Source: a virus. From it: DNA of 64,000 nucleotides. Under the pieces are notes generated by a model. The model saw only the letters and a program-made list of their open reading frames with translations, searched no databases and was not told the DNA's origin. The first letter of the stretch is position 1, and each line of letters starts with the position of its first letter. The stretch spans positions 116,815 through 180,814 of IMG/VR virus record IMGVR_UViG_3300021963_000029, one strand, 5' to 3'. The translations under genes were made by a program, and so were the position numbers. Of this stretch, positions 43,933-53,742 are shown piece after piece.

Positions 43933-44764
43933 AGTTGATATAATTTTTATTTTTTAAATCAGGAATCTTACTTTCAAAGAAAGGATACATCATCCACTGT
44001 GGAGATTTTAGCACATAGTCAGGAGTAATTTCAAGTGCAGTATTATATCCAATGTCAACTTTAATTTGTCCTTCCCAATGGACACCAGGAATTCCATATC
44101 CCCACTTCTTAATAAAAACATTCATAGAAGTATTATGATGCTCTAAAGATTTCATATGATGAGGATCTGATCTATTGAAACCAGAGAATCTTTCAAAATC
44201 TACAAAATCAAAATGAATTCTATTATGGACTCTATGATGGAGAGGATCATTGACAGAACTATGCTCTTTGTTGTAAATCAATTGCCTCAAAAAATAATCA
44301 CAGTCTTGCCATCCAATGTTGCAAAATCTCTCATCCCAAAGTCCTACAGATCTAATTGCATCAATAGTATAACTGTGGAATGCATCACCACAACCATAAG
44401 AAATAAAACTATACTTCTGGTGATATTCAATTAAAGTATCAATAACATCTTCATTATACTCAACATCATTCTGAGACAAGATTACAATATCTGAATCAGG
44501 TTCATCTACACTTTTAAATCCTTCTATAAGACACTCATTCCAATTTCTTGCAAGGTGTCCTGTAGAAAAACTTGGTCTTGTTTGATTGGTAACTACTTTG
44601 ATTGGAAGATTAATATCATCTAAAATAACAGGAGCATCTTTAAAATTATTGATTACTGTTATTTCGCAGTCATACTTTTTGATACCACTTTTTTCAAAAC
44701 TCTTTAATGTCTTGTTTAATTCAAGATCATTATCATAAGTTACAAAGTATGCTTTAATTTTCAT
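43916..44764 (-). CDS. GT2-like glycosyltransferase
   Basis: LARNWN..SQNDV..VGLWDERF..GWQDCDY. Confidence 0.7.
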   Translation of the reverse strand: MKIKAYFVTYDNDLELNKTLKSFEKSGIKKYDCEITVINNFKDAPVILDDINLPIKVVTNQTRPSFSTGHLARNWNECLIEGFKSVDEPDSDIVILSQNDVEYNEDVIDTLIEYHQKYSFISYGCGDAFHSYTIDAIRSVGLWDERFCNIGWQDCDYFLRQLIYNKEHSSVNDPLHHRVHNRIHFDFVDFERFSGFNRSDPHHMKSLEHHNTSMNVFIKKWGYGIPGVHWEGQIKVDIGYNTALEITPDYVLKSPQWMMYPFFESKIPDLKNKNYINYETQD

Positions 44765-45498
44765 AGGATACAGATAGCAGTGTCTTGAACCATATTGTCA
44801 TGGTAATACTCATCATTCCATTCTTCAAAGTCCCACTTGATCAATTCAAGTTCATCATAAAATTGTCGTACATCCTTAAGTCTAATGTCCCATACATTAT
44901 CAATAACAATAAGAGTATCTTTGTCTGCAACTGATTGAGCAACTTCAAAATCTCTCTTGACTCCTTCATAAGAATGATCCCCATCTACAAAGATAAGATC
45001 ATATCTTCCACCAAAATCTTTAGATGCTTCTTTCAGAATAGCAATATTCTTTTCGGAAATCTCTTCATTAGTGTAGTTAACAAAATCACCAAAAGGAAGA
45101 TCTACTTTATATTTCCAATCATCATAATCAGAATGATGAGGATACCAATATCTGGCATTGATTCTATCTGAGTGTGGAAGGTATGCAATCTGTCCATCAT
45201 AACCACCTTTCCTAATGTCAAAAGAATCAATCACACCATATCCATCATCACCATAAAGTTCATCCATAGCATATGCCATAGCATTAGAACTTTCATAATG
45301 CCAAGATCCAATCTCAAGAACAGTCTTTGCCTCAACCATCTTAACTAGAGTAGCAAGACAATTCCTACAATGAGTTGATGCACCTTCATACTTAAATCCT
45401 TGAAGGATTCCATTCTCAGGTCCTTTGTCTACATAATAATTTTTGAACTCATTCTTAATGAACTCAACTTTATTTGCATAACCTTTGTAACTCATCAA
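44761..45498 (-). CDS. Class I SAM methyltransferase (Methyltransf_24-like)
   Basis: VLEIG..YDLIFVDGDHSYEGVKRDF..IVIDN. Confidence 0.85.
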   Translation of the reverse strand: MMSYKGYANKVEFIKNEFKNYYVDKGPENGILQGFKYEGASTHCRNCLATLVKMVEAKTVLEIGSWHYESSNAMAYAMDELYGDDGYGVIDSFDIRKGGYDGQIAYLPHSDRINARYWYPHHSDYDDWKYKVDLPFGDFVNYTNEEISEKNIAILKEASKDFGGRYDLIFVDGDHSYEGVKRDFEVAQSVADKDTLIVIDNVWDIRLKDVRQFYDELELIKWDFEEWNDEYYHDNMVQDTAICIL

Positions 45499-46139
45499 AG
45501 TAATCCTCTTTTATTAAAAGCGTTTAGAATGGTTGGCATTGCCCTTTGTGACAAATGCATGTGAGATCCTTCCCAGTCATCTAGAAAATCTGGAATGGTT
45601 TTCATATCATCAGTAACCATATCATAGAAAATAGACACAAACTTAAATCCTTCCCTTAAACAAGCAAGTTGCAAAGCTATATTAAAAGCAAATGTAACCC
45701 AGTTTCTTTCTTGGTTTGTACCAAAAGAAGGTCCACCTGTATATTCTTTTTCTTCAGACCAAGAAGCAATAGGACCCCAAATAATAATTTGGACCCCATA
45801 CTTTTTGTAATATGTAAGAGCATTGATATACCTATCAACGCATTCTACCACAAGATCATTGACAGGTCTATCTTGCATCTTTGCCTGCTTAATCAAATGT
45901 GCCCTAATATCAACTTCACCAAAACAAAACATCAATTGATCATCAGAACCAAGATCCAATGAACCAATTAAGGAATCTAAGATAGGTTGCTTGTTTGCTA
46001 TTTGATATGCTGTGGCAGGACCAATTCTATAACTTGTAAAGTAAGGAAGTTTGTTTGCTGCTGGTTCTGGCCAACAGGGTTGCATTGCTTCCTCACCACT
46101 GAATACTGCTGAGTGACTATCACCAATACAATGAATCAT
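45495..46139 (-). CDS. SGNH/GDSL hydrolase-like protein
   Basis: CIGDSH..FGEVDIR..N..R..HL. Confidence 0.7.
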   Translation of the reverse strand: MIHCIGDSHSAVFSGEEAMQPCWPEPAANKLPYFTSYRIGPATAYQIANKQPILDSLIGSLDLGSDDQLMFCFGEVDIRAHLIKQAKMQDRPVNDLVVECVDRYINALTYYKKYGVQIIIWGPIASWSEEKEYTGGPSFGTNQERNWVTFAFNIALQLACLREGFKFVSIFYDMVTDDMKTIPDFLDDWEGSHMHLSQRAMPTILNAFNKRGLL

Positions 46140-47098
46140 TTTAATTTACCAAGAATGCTGTCTACAAAATCTACTTCATAAGTGTAACCATCTTCCATCC
46201 CTATGTTCCAAACATTTTTGTTACCATAGATGGTGTTGTAAATGGTATGAATGCCAAATCCATTTTCAACATAAAGAAATTTTTTGTTATATCTTTCTCT
46301 ATAGATGTTTAATTGAATCTCATCAAATGAGTCATAAGAACCAACCTCTAGTAATTTTCTCCAATCCTCAGTTTTAATTATAAAAGTGCTGGTTGTATAA
46401 TAAGGTTCTTTAAATTCTTTAATAGTGTAGTCATGCTTTGATACAAGTCTATCAAAGTTTTCTACAATATAATTGTTTAATAATAACTGAGCATTAGCAC
46501 AAATTCTAATGGGGTGAATTCCCTTTAAGTATGTATTCAGGTTTGAAACTCCCTCAAAAAATGCCTCTGAATCCCAGGTGTGGGCATTGATTGTATATGC
46601 ATTGAGAGGAGTATAGTTTGCTCCCCACAATCCATTTGGCATCTCTTGATGTAGATAACAACTGTGGATTGCTTCTCTAACTTTTGGATCTTTGATGAAT
46701 GACTTTACAAACCTGTCTGTATGAGGAATGCCATTTGACAGCATTGGAGTAAGAACAAAATTATCTTCATCATCTAAAACATCTATGTTCTCAATAATGT
46801 AATCCCAAACATGATTACTAATAAAACAATCCTCATCAAGTTTGACAGAATACTTATTAGTTTCAGATAAAATTGCATCAATCTTTTGCATGTAGTTGAG
46901 TTCTACATCTGGAAAAATCAATACTTGATAATCAAATCCTTCAAGATAAGACTCCCAATCAAGAGGTCTTGTAGCAAGAATATTAATTTTTACTTTCTCT
47001 TTATTCTCTGGTTTAATTTTATTGAGAAAATGTGATGTTATCTCCCAATACTTATGGAAGTCTCTTCTATGATGAGACAAATAATTGATGGTAATCAT
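46136..47098 (-). CDS. Putative glycosyltransferase-like protein
   Basis: VKLDED DxD-like motif; cluster context. Confidence 0.5.
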   Translation of the reverse strand: MITINYLSHHRRDFHKYWEITSHFLNKIKPENKEKVKINILATRPLDWESYLEGFDYQVLIFPDVELNYMQKIDAILSETNKYSVKLDEDCFISNHVWDYIIENIDVLDDEDNFVLTPMLSNGIPHTDRFVKSFIKDPKVREAIHSCYLHQEMPNGLWGANYTPLNAYTINAHTWDSEAFFEGVSNLNTYLKGIHPIRICANAQLLLNNYIVENFDRLVSKHDYTIKEFKEPYYTTSTFIIKTEDWRKLLEVGSYDSFDEIQLNIYRERYNKKFLYVENGFGIHTIYNTIYGNKNVWNIGMEDGYTYEVDFVDSILGKLK

Positions 47099-47775
47099 GG
47101 AACCTTAGACAGATTTACAATGTTCAATTCATCTTGCTTGAATGATAAGATCTTTTTAAATCCACAATAAGCAAAAAGTTCTTCTACTAATTCTATAGTA
47201 AAAGTGTGATGATGTACAACTCTGGTTAAATGATTAATTTCACATAGTTCATAAAACTGATGATGTCCACCATAACTCCAATCATGGAGTTCTTTCTGTT
47301 CTTCTATATGGGTCTTATCATCCTCTCCCACATCTTCAATATAATCTGCAATCAAATGATCTATGGTTGTTAGTGGTCTATTCCTATCAAAACAATATTG
47401 ATAGTCTGGTATAATGGTTAGAATATAACTACCTGAATTTAAAATATATTTCTCCCACATCTTTAAAGTATGAATTGGATTTGCAAAGTGCTCTATTGCA
47501 TGAGAGGTAACCACAAAATCATACTTCTTTAACTTCTTTAGTTGATCCTCATTTGTACAATCAACATCATATTGCCTACCAAGTTTTCCTCCATACAAAA
47601 AATTAGATCCTAGATTAGTTTGGAAATAATTATTCTTAATGATGTTGCCACCATCTAGATGCACATGTGGATACAAGTGCATACCATACTGAGGACTTGA
47701 AAACAGTTCAGTAGGACCACCAAACTCAATTCCAGACTTATCTCTTAATGAGTTTATAACTAATTCAAAGGACAT
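47095..47775 (-). CDS. Class I SAM methyltransferase
   Basis: GIEFGG..YDFVVTSHAIEH..P. Confidence 0.8.
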   Translation of the reverse strand: MSFELVINSLRDKSGIEFGGPTELFSSPQYGMHLYPHVHLDGGNIIKNNYFQTNLGSNFLYGGKLGRQYDVDCTNEDQLKKLKKYDFVVTSHAIEHFANPIHTLKMWEKYILNSGSYILTIIPDYQYCFDRNRPLTTIDHLIADYIEDVGEDDKTHIEEQKELHDWSYGGHHQFYELCEINHLTRVVHHHTFTIELVEELFAYCGFKKILSFKQDELNIVNLSKVP

Positions 47776-48629
47776 AATACATTTATATTGTAGGGCAATT
47801 CTTTAACTAGGAAATATTTTTTTGCTATGCTTAATGAAGGATAGTAAATTAAATTATGGAATGGTTCTATATCTATAAACACATTCTGTTCCCCAATGTG
47901 GGGATAGGGGGAAAGTATAACTTCTTCTAAAATTCTTTCTTTAGGCAATCTAGTCAACAAGTAATAAAAAGTATCTGGGGTATCACAGTGATATTTACCA
48001 AAGGGATGTTTTTCTGGATAGAACTGTTGCTCTAGCAACTGAGTAATGTGGTAGGGTTCTGTAGCATCATATCCAAGATCAATTTTATTACCAACCTGAA
48101 CTCCAACATAACCAGCAGCAGTGCATTGATCCCCTATTTTCATCTCACCATCATGATCATCAGTAAACTCCCACTCAATCTGCTTTAGAACTTCTGCCTT
48201 TGCAAACCAAAGAGGAGCTCTAATATGACTTTCATGTGGGTATCTCTTGTGACCATTAAAGATTTGACTGGCACCAAATCCAATCTTGTCATGTAGATCA
48301 AGAGTCTTTACAATTTCCCTCAACCAATATTCTCTTTTTAAAATAACATCATCAGATATGAATACAAAATATTCATAGTCATCTTGATACTTATAGAAGT
48401 AATGCCTGTAAGCACCAAATGCTCTATGAGGTATATCCCTACCATTCACTATCTTGTTATGGATGATCATCCTACCATTAGGATTTTTTAAATTAGTAGG
48501 AACACCCAAATAATCTCTATGAACAATAATCAAATCATGAGGGTAACCTGCATCACAATTAAAATAAGATGGCCAAAACAAGTCTCCTTGCTTTGCACCA
48601 CCTAACATTATGACAGCAACTTTTTTCAT
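47760..48629 (-). CDS. Putative glycosyltransferase-like protein
   Basis: FVFISDDV; cluster context. Confidence 0.5.
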   Translation of the reverse strand: MKKVAVIMLGGAKQGDLFWPSYFNCDAGYPHDLIIVHRDYLGVPTNLKNPNGRMIIHNKIVNGRDIPHRAFGAYRHYFYKYQDDYEYFVFISDDVILKREYWLREIVKTLDLHDKIGFGASQIFNGHKRYPHESHIRAPLWFAKAEVLKQIEWEFTDDHDGEMKIGDQCTAAGYVGVQVGNKIDLGYDATEPYHITQLLEQQFYPEKHPFGKYHCDTPDTFYYLLTRLPKERILEEVILSPYPHIGEQNVFIDIEPFHNLIYYPSLSIAKKYFLVKELPYNINVLCPLN

Positions 48630-49312
48630 TGTACCATCCTAAGTTTTTGAATTGTTTCCTCACCAGCAACATTAAAAGCAGGATCTTTAAATTTCAAAGA
48701 TCTTACTGTTGAGTATGGGTTCATAGAGAATCCATATCTAATTCTAGCTTTCTTAGACCACTCTACATCTTCACCTTGACCCCAACAAAGATCATCATTT
48801 AAAGGGCACTCTGCCATAACCTGTTTCTTAGCAACCCAATAAGTTCCAGAAATATACTGATACTTTGAAAGGTGAGTCATGTCATATGGAATCAGACACT
48901 CTCTGTTTGGGAGAACTATGCTATCCATAAAGTTATCATTGTGAGGCCAAATAACCCAATCTCTAAATCTTGAATAGTCTGGGTTCACAAACTTATTCAT
49001 ACAGATCTTAAAGTCTTCTCCATACTGAAGAAACCCTTGATACCAATCATCTTCAAATACAACATAGTCATGAGAATAAACTATGTTGTCATACCTGGCA
49101 TTAATAGTAATTAAATTCTTCTTTCTAGTAATCCATGCTTGTCTAACACTCTCATCAAATGGAATAATAAAAGTATTAGTTCTGGAAACATTACTATTAC
49201 CAACTACAAGAATCTGATATTCTGGTATGTTTTGTTTCTCAATGCTATCAATGACAGCATTAAGAGAGTCATCTGAATTACCAGCAGTAATAATTCCAAA
49301 AGTAAATTTCAT
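48626..49312 (-). CDS. GT2-like glycosyltransferase
   Basis: KKN..YDNIVYSHDY..WGQGEDVEWS. Confidence 0.75.
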   Translation of the reverse strand: MKFTFGIITAGNSDDSLNAVIDSIEKQNIPEYQILVVGNSNVSRTNTFIIPFDESVRQAWITRKKNLITINARYDNIVYSHDYVVFEDDWYQGFLQYGEDFKICMNKFVNPDYSRFRDWVIWPHNDNFMDSIVLPNRECLIPYDMTHLSKYQYISGTYWVAKKQVMAECPLNDDLCWGQGEDVEWSKKARIRYGFSMNPYSTVRSLKFKDPAFNVAGEETIQKLRMVQ

Positions 49313-49773
49313 GCTAGATACCCAATATAATCACTACAAATTCCATAACAATCATATGCTCTGAGATCTACAAACTCATCAATATTTTTGTTCCACTCTG
49401 GCATGACTATAACTGATCTAGGAGTATATGGGAATCCAGGATAAGTCCAAATTTTATTGGTGCTGGTTAAAGTATACTCATCACTCTGGTGCCAGAAATA
49501 ATTAAATCCACTAGTTCCATGAGAGAACTCATAAAGTGCCTCAAGATTCTTACAATGAATCCAAAGATATTCTTTATACTTACCCAACCAAAACCAATCA
49601 ACTTGATATTCAGGAGTATCATGACCAAGATACAGTTTATTATCAAGTCTACTGTATCTAACATCAATCTCTACATTGAATCCCTGTGCAATTGCTTGCT
49701 CAATATACTCAGGGTGATTTTCTTTTGATAGGTCAGGTCCAGTAATGTTCCCCCTATGTGCAATCAGTTTCAT
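49309..49773 (-). CDS. Glycerophosphodiester phosphodiesterase-like protein
   Basis: LIAHRGN..EN..VEIDV..LGHD..ICSDY. Confidence 0.8.
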   Translation of the reverse strand: MKLIAHRGNITGPDLSKENHPEYIEQAIAQGFNVEIDVRYSRLDNKLYLGHDTPEYQVDWFWLGKYKEYLWIHCKNLEALYEFSHGTSGFNYFWHQSDEYTLTSTNKIWTYPGFPYTPRSVIVMPEWNKNIDEFVDLRAYDCYGICSDYIGYLA

Positions 49774-51137
49774 TCTTTGTAGTGCTCCAAGAAATAATTC
49801 AAGTCTTCAGGTGTACCAATGCCCCACATACCATCTTTTTCAATTTCCTTGATGCGAATTTTCTTCCCATCAGAAATTGCTTCATTGAATACTGGGCAGA
49901 CATAGAATTCATTATTGACTCTAATGTCTTTGTTGATCATCTGTTCTGCATACTTTACATAGTCAGAACCTTTCTTCCAATAGTAGATACCAACAGTTGC
50001 ATGTTCAGAAATAGGTTTCTTCTCAGCAACTTCTTCTACATATCCATCTTCACCCAACTTAGCATAAGACCATTTAGGGTGAGTTGCAGGGAATGTTAGG
50101 ATACCACCATCACATTCTCCATTCTGGAATGCATAAAGTGTTTCATTAGAATCCCAAACAACAAACTGATCTGAGTTTGCCATGACAAGAGGTTCATCAT
50201 TATTGATAAACTCTTTGGCAAGAAGAGTTGTACAAGCAGCACCTTCAGTAATGCCATCAACCTGAACAATGTTACAACCAGGAGCAATCAGTGGAAGCAG
50301 ATAGTTCAAGTTATATTTTTCATAGTGTTCCTTCTGAACAATAAAGGTATAGTTTGCTTTGATGTTGAGGTTCTCAACCACAACCTGAATCATAGGTTTG
50401 CCTCTGACTTCAATCAAAGGTTTAGGGAAGGTGTATCCCTGACTAGCAAATCTACTACCAGCACCTGCCATAGGAATCAATACATTCATGGTTTTACTCT
50501 CCCATGCAACTTTTTGTTTTGTTCCATTCAAAATCTTTTTGATTCTATTGATCTTTTCTTGATTGAGATCTTTTCTATTTTCTACAGGTACAAGATGTGC
50601 TTTGCTATCAAGAGCACCCTGCCTACCAATATGACTGTCTTCAATAATCACAGTGTCAGCAGGAAGAGCACCAAGAGCAGTCATACACTTCCAGTACATT
50701 GCTGGGAATGGTTTGTTCCTGACTACATCTTCATTGGACACATACATGTCCACAAACTCTAATACTCCTAATCTCAATAAAATGATTTTAACAGTATTCC
50801 TAATAGAATTAGATGCCACTGCAATCTTGTAACCAGAATCCACAAGTTGCTGGAAGTATCCCATCAACTCATAGTCTTTTGCCACACAGTCATTAAAGAT
50901 CTTAAGAGTTGCCTCTTGCTTATCTTGCCAGATCTGATCATAGAGTTCTACAGGCAATCCCTTGTTCTTAGTAAGAAGTTCCAGTTTTGCTCTGGTAGGG
51001 AGACCATCATAGATGCTCACATGTTCTTCTCTACTGATGGCATACTTGTCCCCAAGTGCCTGGTTCAGTGCTTCATAATGATAGTCCTTACTATCAATAA
51101 GAACACCATCTAAATCAAAGATTACTAGTTTGCTCAT
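49770..51137 (-). CDS. HAD phosphatase fused to sugar-nucleotidyltransferase-like domain
   Basis: [16 protein letters not shown]; IPMAGAGSRF..PKPLI..EKKPIS..GIYY..EFYV..GTPEDL. Confidence 0.88.
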   Translation of the reverse strand: MSKLVIFDLDGVLIDSKDYHYEALNQALGDKYAISREEHVSIYDGLPTRAKLELLTKNKGLPVELYDQIWQDKQEATLKIFNDCVAKDYELMGYFQQLVDSGYKIAVASNSIRNTVKIILLRLGVLEFVDMYVSNEDVVRNKPFPAMYWKCMTALGALPADTVIIEDSHIGRQGALDSKAHLVPVENRKDLNQEKINRIKKILNGTKQKVAWESKTMNVLIPMAGAGSRFASQGYTFPKPLIEVRGKPMIQVVVENLNIKANYTFIVQKEHYEKYNLNYLLPLIAPGCNIVQVDGITEGAACTTLLAKEFINNDEPLVMANSDQFVVWDSNETLYAFQNGECDGGILTFPATHPKWSYAKLGEDGYVEEVAEKKPISEHATVGIYYWKKGSDYVKYAEQMINKDIRVNNEFYVCPVFNEAISDGKKIRIKEIEKDGMWGIGTPEDLNYFLEHYKE

Positions 51138-52053
51138 TCTTGTACCACTCATATGTTTCATAGATTCCTTGTCTAAGTCCAATCTTAGGACTCCAACCAA
51201 GTGATTTAATTTTATCTACATTTAATACTTTTCTAGGTGTTCCATTAGGTTTGGAATCATCCCACATTGTTACCCCACCATACCCAACAATAATAGAGAT
51301 AAGTCTTGTTAGTTCTTTGATGGATATATCTTCTCCAGTTCCAACATTAATAATTTCAGAATCATTATATGAAATCATACATCTAAAACAAGCTTCTGCC
51401 AAGTCATCAACATGCAGAAACTCTCTCATTGGAGATCCATCTCCCCAACATTCAACAAAGGATGTATTTGATTCCTTTGCCTCATGAAACTTTCTAATCA
51501 GTGCAGGAAGCACATGAGAACTATTCAGATCAAAATTATCATTGGGACCATAGAGATTAGTAGGCATCAATGAGATAGCATTGAATCCATACTGTTCTCT
51601 GTATGCCTGACAGAGTTTAATGCCAGCAATCTTGGCAATAGCATAAGCATCATTTGTTGGTTCTAAAGGACCACCAAGAAGATCATCTTCAATGATTGGC
51701 ATGTGCTCTGGCCATCTTGGATAGATGCAAGAAGACCCAAGAAAAACAAGTTTCTTTACATCATTCACCATAGAGTAATGGATGATGTTGTTCTGAATCA
51801 TTAGATTCTGATACAGAAAATCGCCCTTGTATGTTTTGTTTGCCATGATGCCACCAACTTTAGCAGCAGCAACAAACACATACTCAGGTTTGTTTTTTTC
51901 AAAGTATTCTTTAGTTTCTTCTTGATCAGTAAAGTCAACTTGATTACGAGTTGCCTCAGTAACATAGTAACCTTTACTCTTCAAGTTTCTCACAATTGCT
52001 GATCCAACCATTCCTTTGGCACCAGCAACCATAATCTTAGAATCACTGTCCAT
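51115..52053 (-). CDS. wcaG: GDP-L-fucose synthase
   Basis: [55 protein letters not shown]. Confidence 0.96.
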   Translation of the reverse strand: MDSDSKIMVAGAKGMVGSAIVRNLKSKGYYVTEATRNQVDFTDQEETKEYFEKNKPEYVFVAAAKVGGIMANKTYKGDFLYQNLMIQNNIIHYSMVNDVKKLVFLGSSCIYPRWPEHMPIIEDDLLGGPLEPTNDAYAIAKIAGIKLCQAYREQYGFNAISLMPTNLYGPNDNFDLNSSHVLPALIRKFHEAKESNTSFVECWGDGSPMREFLHVDDLAEACFRCMISYNDSEIINVGTGEDISIKELTRLISIIVGYGGVTMWDDSKPNGTPRKVLNVDKIKSLGWSPKIGLRQGIYETYEWYKNEQTSNL

Positions 52054-53044
52054 AAATGCACATGTCCTCAATCAATTGATCAAATGTAATTTTAGGTTCC
52101 CAACCTAATTCAACTTTTGCCTTAGTGGCATCACCTAATAAAGTCTCTACTTCAGCAGGTCTAAAATATTTAGGATCTACTCTGACCACCTCTTTTCCAG
52201 TGTTAGTATCAATCCCAACCTCATCCAAATATTCACCTTTCCACTCAATATTAAATCCAAAGTAAGGTGCTGCTTTTTCTACAAACTCTCTAACTGAATA
52301 CTGGTGTCCAGTTGCAATAACATAATCATCTGGATAGTTTTGTTGCAACATTAACCACATTGCTTCTGCATAATCTTTAGCATGACCCCAATCCCTTTGA
52401 GCATTAAGGTTACCCAAATACAGAGTATCCTGTAATCCAGAAGTCATTCTAGAAAATGCCCTAACAATCTTTCTGGTTACAAAGGTCTCACCTCTTCTAG
52501 GTGACTCATGGTTAAACAGAATGCCAGTACAAGCATACATGTCATATGCCTCTCTGTAGTTCTTTGTAATCCAGTAAGCATATAACTTAGCAACACCATA
52601 AGGAGATCTAGGATAAAAAGGTGTTGTCTCTTTCTGTGGAATCTCTTGGACAAGTCCATAGAGTTCAGATGTAGATGCTTGATAGATTCTAGTCTTCTCT
52701 TCCATACCAAGCAGTCTAACTGCTTCTAGAACTCTTAAAGTACCAACTCCATCAACATCAGCAGTGTACTCAGGCATCTCAAAAGACACCTTTACATGAC
52801 TCTGTGCAGCAAGATTGTAGATCTCATCTGGTTGTACTTGCTGAATAACTCTTACAAGATTGGTAGAATCAGTAAGGTCACCGTAATGGAGAGTAATAGA
52901 ATCATAGATATGGTCAATACGATGAGTATTAATAAGGGATGCTCGTCTGACAATGCCATGAACTTTATAACCTTTTTCAAGTAGTAATTCAGCAAGATAA
53001 GATCCGTCCTGTCCAGTAATACCAGTAATAAGTGCAGTCTTCAT
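52043..53044 (-). CDS. gmd: GDP-mannose 4,6-dehydratase
   Basis: [50 protein letters not shown]. Confidence 0.98.
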   Translation of the reverse strand: MKTALITGITGQDGSYLAELLLEKGYKVHGIVRRASLINTHRIDHIYDSITLHYGDLTDSTNLVRVIQQVQPDEIYNLAAQSHVKVSFEMPEYTADVDGVGTLRVLEAVRLLGMEEKTRIYQASTSELYGLVQEIPQKETTPFYPRSPYGVAKLYAYWITKNYREAYDMYACTGILFNHESPRRGETFVTRKIVRAFSRMTSGLQDTLYLGNLNAQRDWGHAKDYAEAMWLMLQQNYPDDYVIATGHQYSVREFVEKAAPYFGFNIEWKGEYLDEVGIDTNTGKEVVRVDPKYFRPAEVETLLGDATKAKVELGWEPKITFDQLIEDMCIYGQ

Positions 53045-53063
53045 ATAACAAGTACTTTTTTCT

Positions 53064-53100
53064 ATTATACAAAAAAAGGTGGGTTTATGCAACCCACCTT
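53064..53100 (-). terminator. Intrinsic terminator with embedded gmd promoter
   Basis: AAGGTGGGTT-GCATA-AACCCACCTT-T5; TTGCAT-17nt-TATAAT. Confidence 0.8.
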
Positions 53101-53104
53101 ATGT

Positions 53105-53202
53105 AACTCAGGCTCGCCACCAATTCTTTGACTGGAAATTGGAAACCAGGCGGGAGTAAGATCCCATCCGCACCACTTGCTTTTTGTGGAAGCAAGAAAC
53201 CT
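53105..53202 (-). ncRNA. wcaG-motif-like structured RNA (two tandem units)
   Basis: Two GGTTTC-stem-TTCCA..AA-stem-TGG(T/C)G units containing UGGUG and UGGCG; upstream of gmd/wcaG. Confidence 0.7.
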
Positions 53203-53298
53203 AAAGGAGGTCATTAGACTCCACCAGGGTTGTTTAAGTCTCTCCATGACTAGGGGGTTCATCCCGACCAGGGTGCTTTTAAAGTCATCCCAAGACTA
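53203..53298 (-). ncRNA. Tandem structured RNA units adjacent to tRNA (manA-motif-like candidate)
   Basis: Two AGTC-nTGGnAnn-GACT..A(A/C)CCCTGGT units each followed by a GG..CC hairpin. Confidence 0.5.
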
Positions 53299-53370
53299 TG
53301 GGAATACTGGGAGTTGAACCCAGACTAAGCCCTTATAAGGAGCCCGCTCTAACCATTAAGCTATACTCCC
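53299..53370 (-). tRNA. trnI: tRNA-Ile(UAU)
   Basis: GGGAGTA/TATTCCC-A acceptor, GGCTC-CT-TAT-AA-GGGCT anticodon arm, CTGGG-TTCAACT-CCCAG T arm. Confidence 0.9.
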
Positions 53371-53382
53371 AAGAAATGAGGA

Positions 53383-53559
53383 TTAGCAACCCTCTTCATG
53401 ATCAAAATAACTATCATAGTAGTCATTGTAATCATCATATGGAATGAGAACACAGTCAGTATTATCTGGTGTGCGTATCAAAAAGTGTTCTCCATCTGCA
53501 ACTTTATCCATTACTTGATCAAAGTTTTCTTCTAGTTCTTCCAAAGTAATCTCTGTCAT
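53383..53559 (-). CDS. Phd/YefM-like orphan antitoxin (58 aa)
   Basis: MTEITLEELEENFDQVMDKVADGEHFLIRTPDNTDCVLIPY + acidic tail; SD AGGAG. Confidence 0.65.
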   Translation of the reverse strand: MTEITLEELEENFDQVMDKVADGEHFLIRTPDNTDCVLIPYDDYNDYYDSYFDHEEGC

Positions 53560-53669
53560 TTCTCCTGTTTATGTACTAGCATTATACCCATGATGGGTAG
53601 GATTGTCAATCCTGCACCACACAGTCCCAACCATATTGGACTGGATGCAAGTGCTTCAATTATATGCAT
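53556..53669 (-). CDS. 37-aa membrane peptide
   Basis: MHIIEALASSPIWLGLCGAGLTILPIMGIMLVHKQEK. Confidence 0.5.
   Translation of the reverse strand: MHIIEALASSPIWLGLCGAGLTILPIMGIMLVHKQEK
53581..53609 (-). promoter_or_regulatory. Consensus sigma70 promoter with overlapping palindrome
   Basis: TTGACA-17nt-TATAAT; TACCCAT-N-ATGGGTA at 53585-53599. Confidence 0.85.
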
Positions 53670-53742
53670 TATGTAGTCCCCAATAAACAAAAAGTCCAAT
53701 AGATGAAAATACTAAACCTGCCTTAATGAGAAGGTGGTTCAT
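53656..53742 (-). CDS. 28-aa membrane peptide
   Basis: MNHLLIKAGLVFSSIGLFVYWGLHNAYN. Confidence 0.5.
   Translation of the reverse strand: MNHLLIKAGLVFSSIGLFVYWGLHNAYN

Noticed and set aside
53065-53262. 65-aa ORF over the RNA array
   Set aside because: Region is better explained by repeated RNA structure and a terminator; no SD and no protein motif
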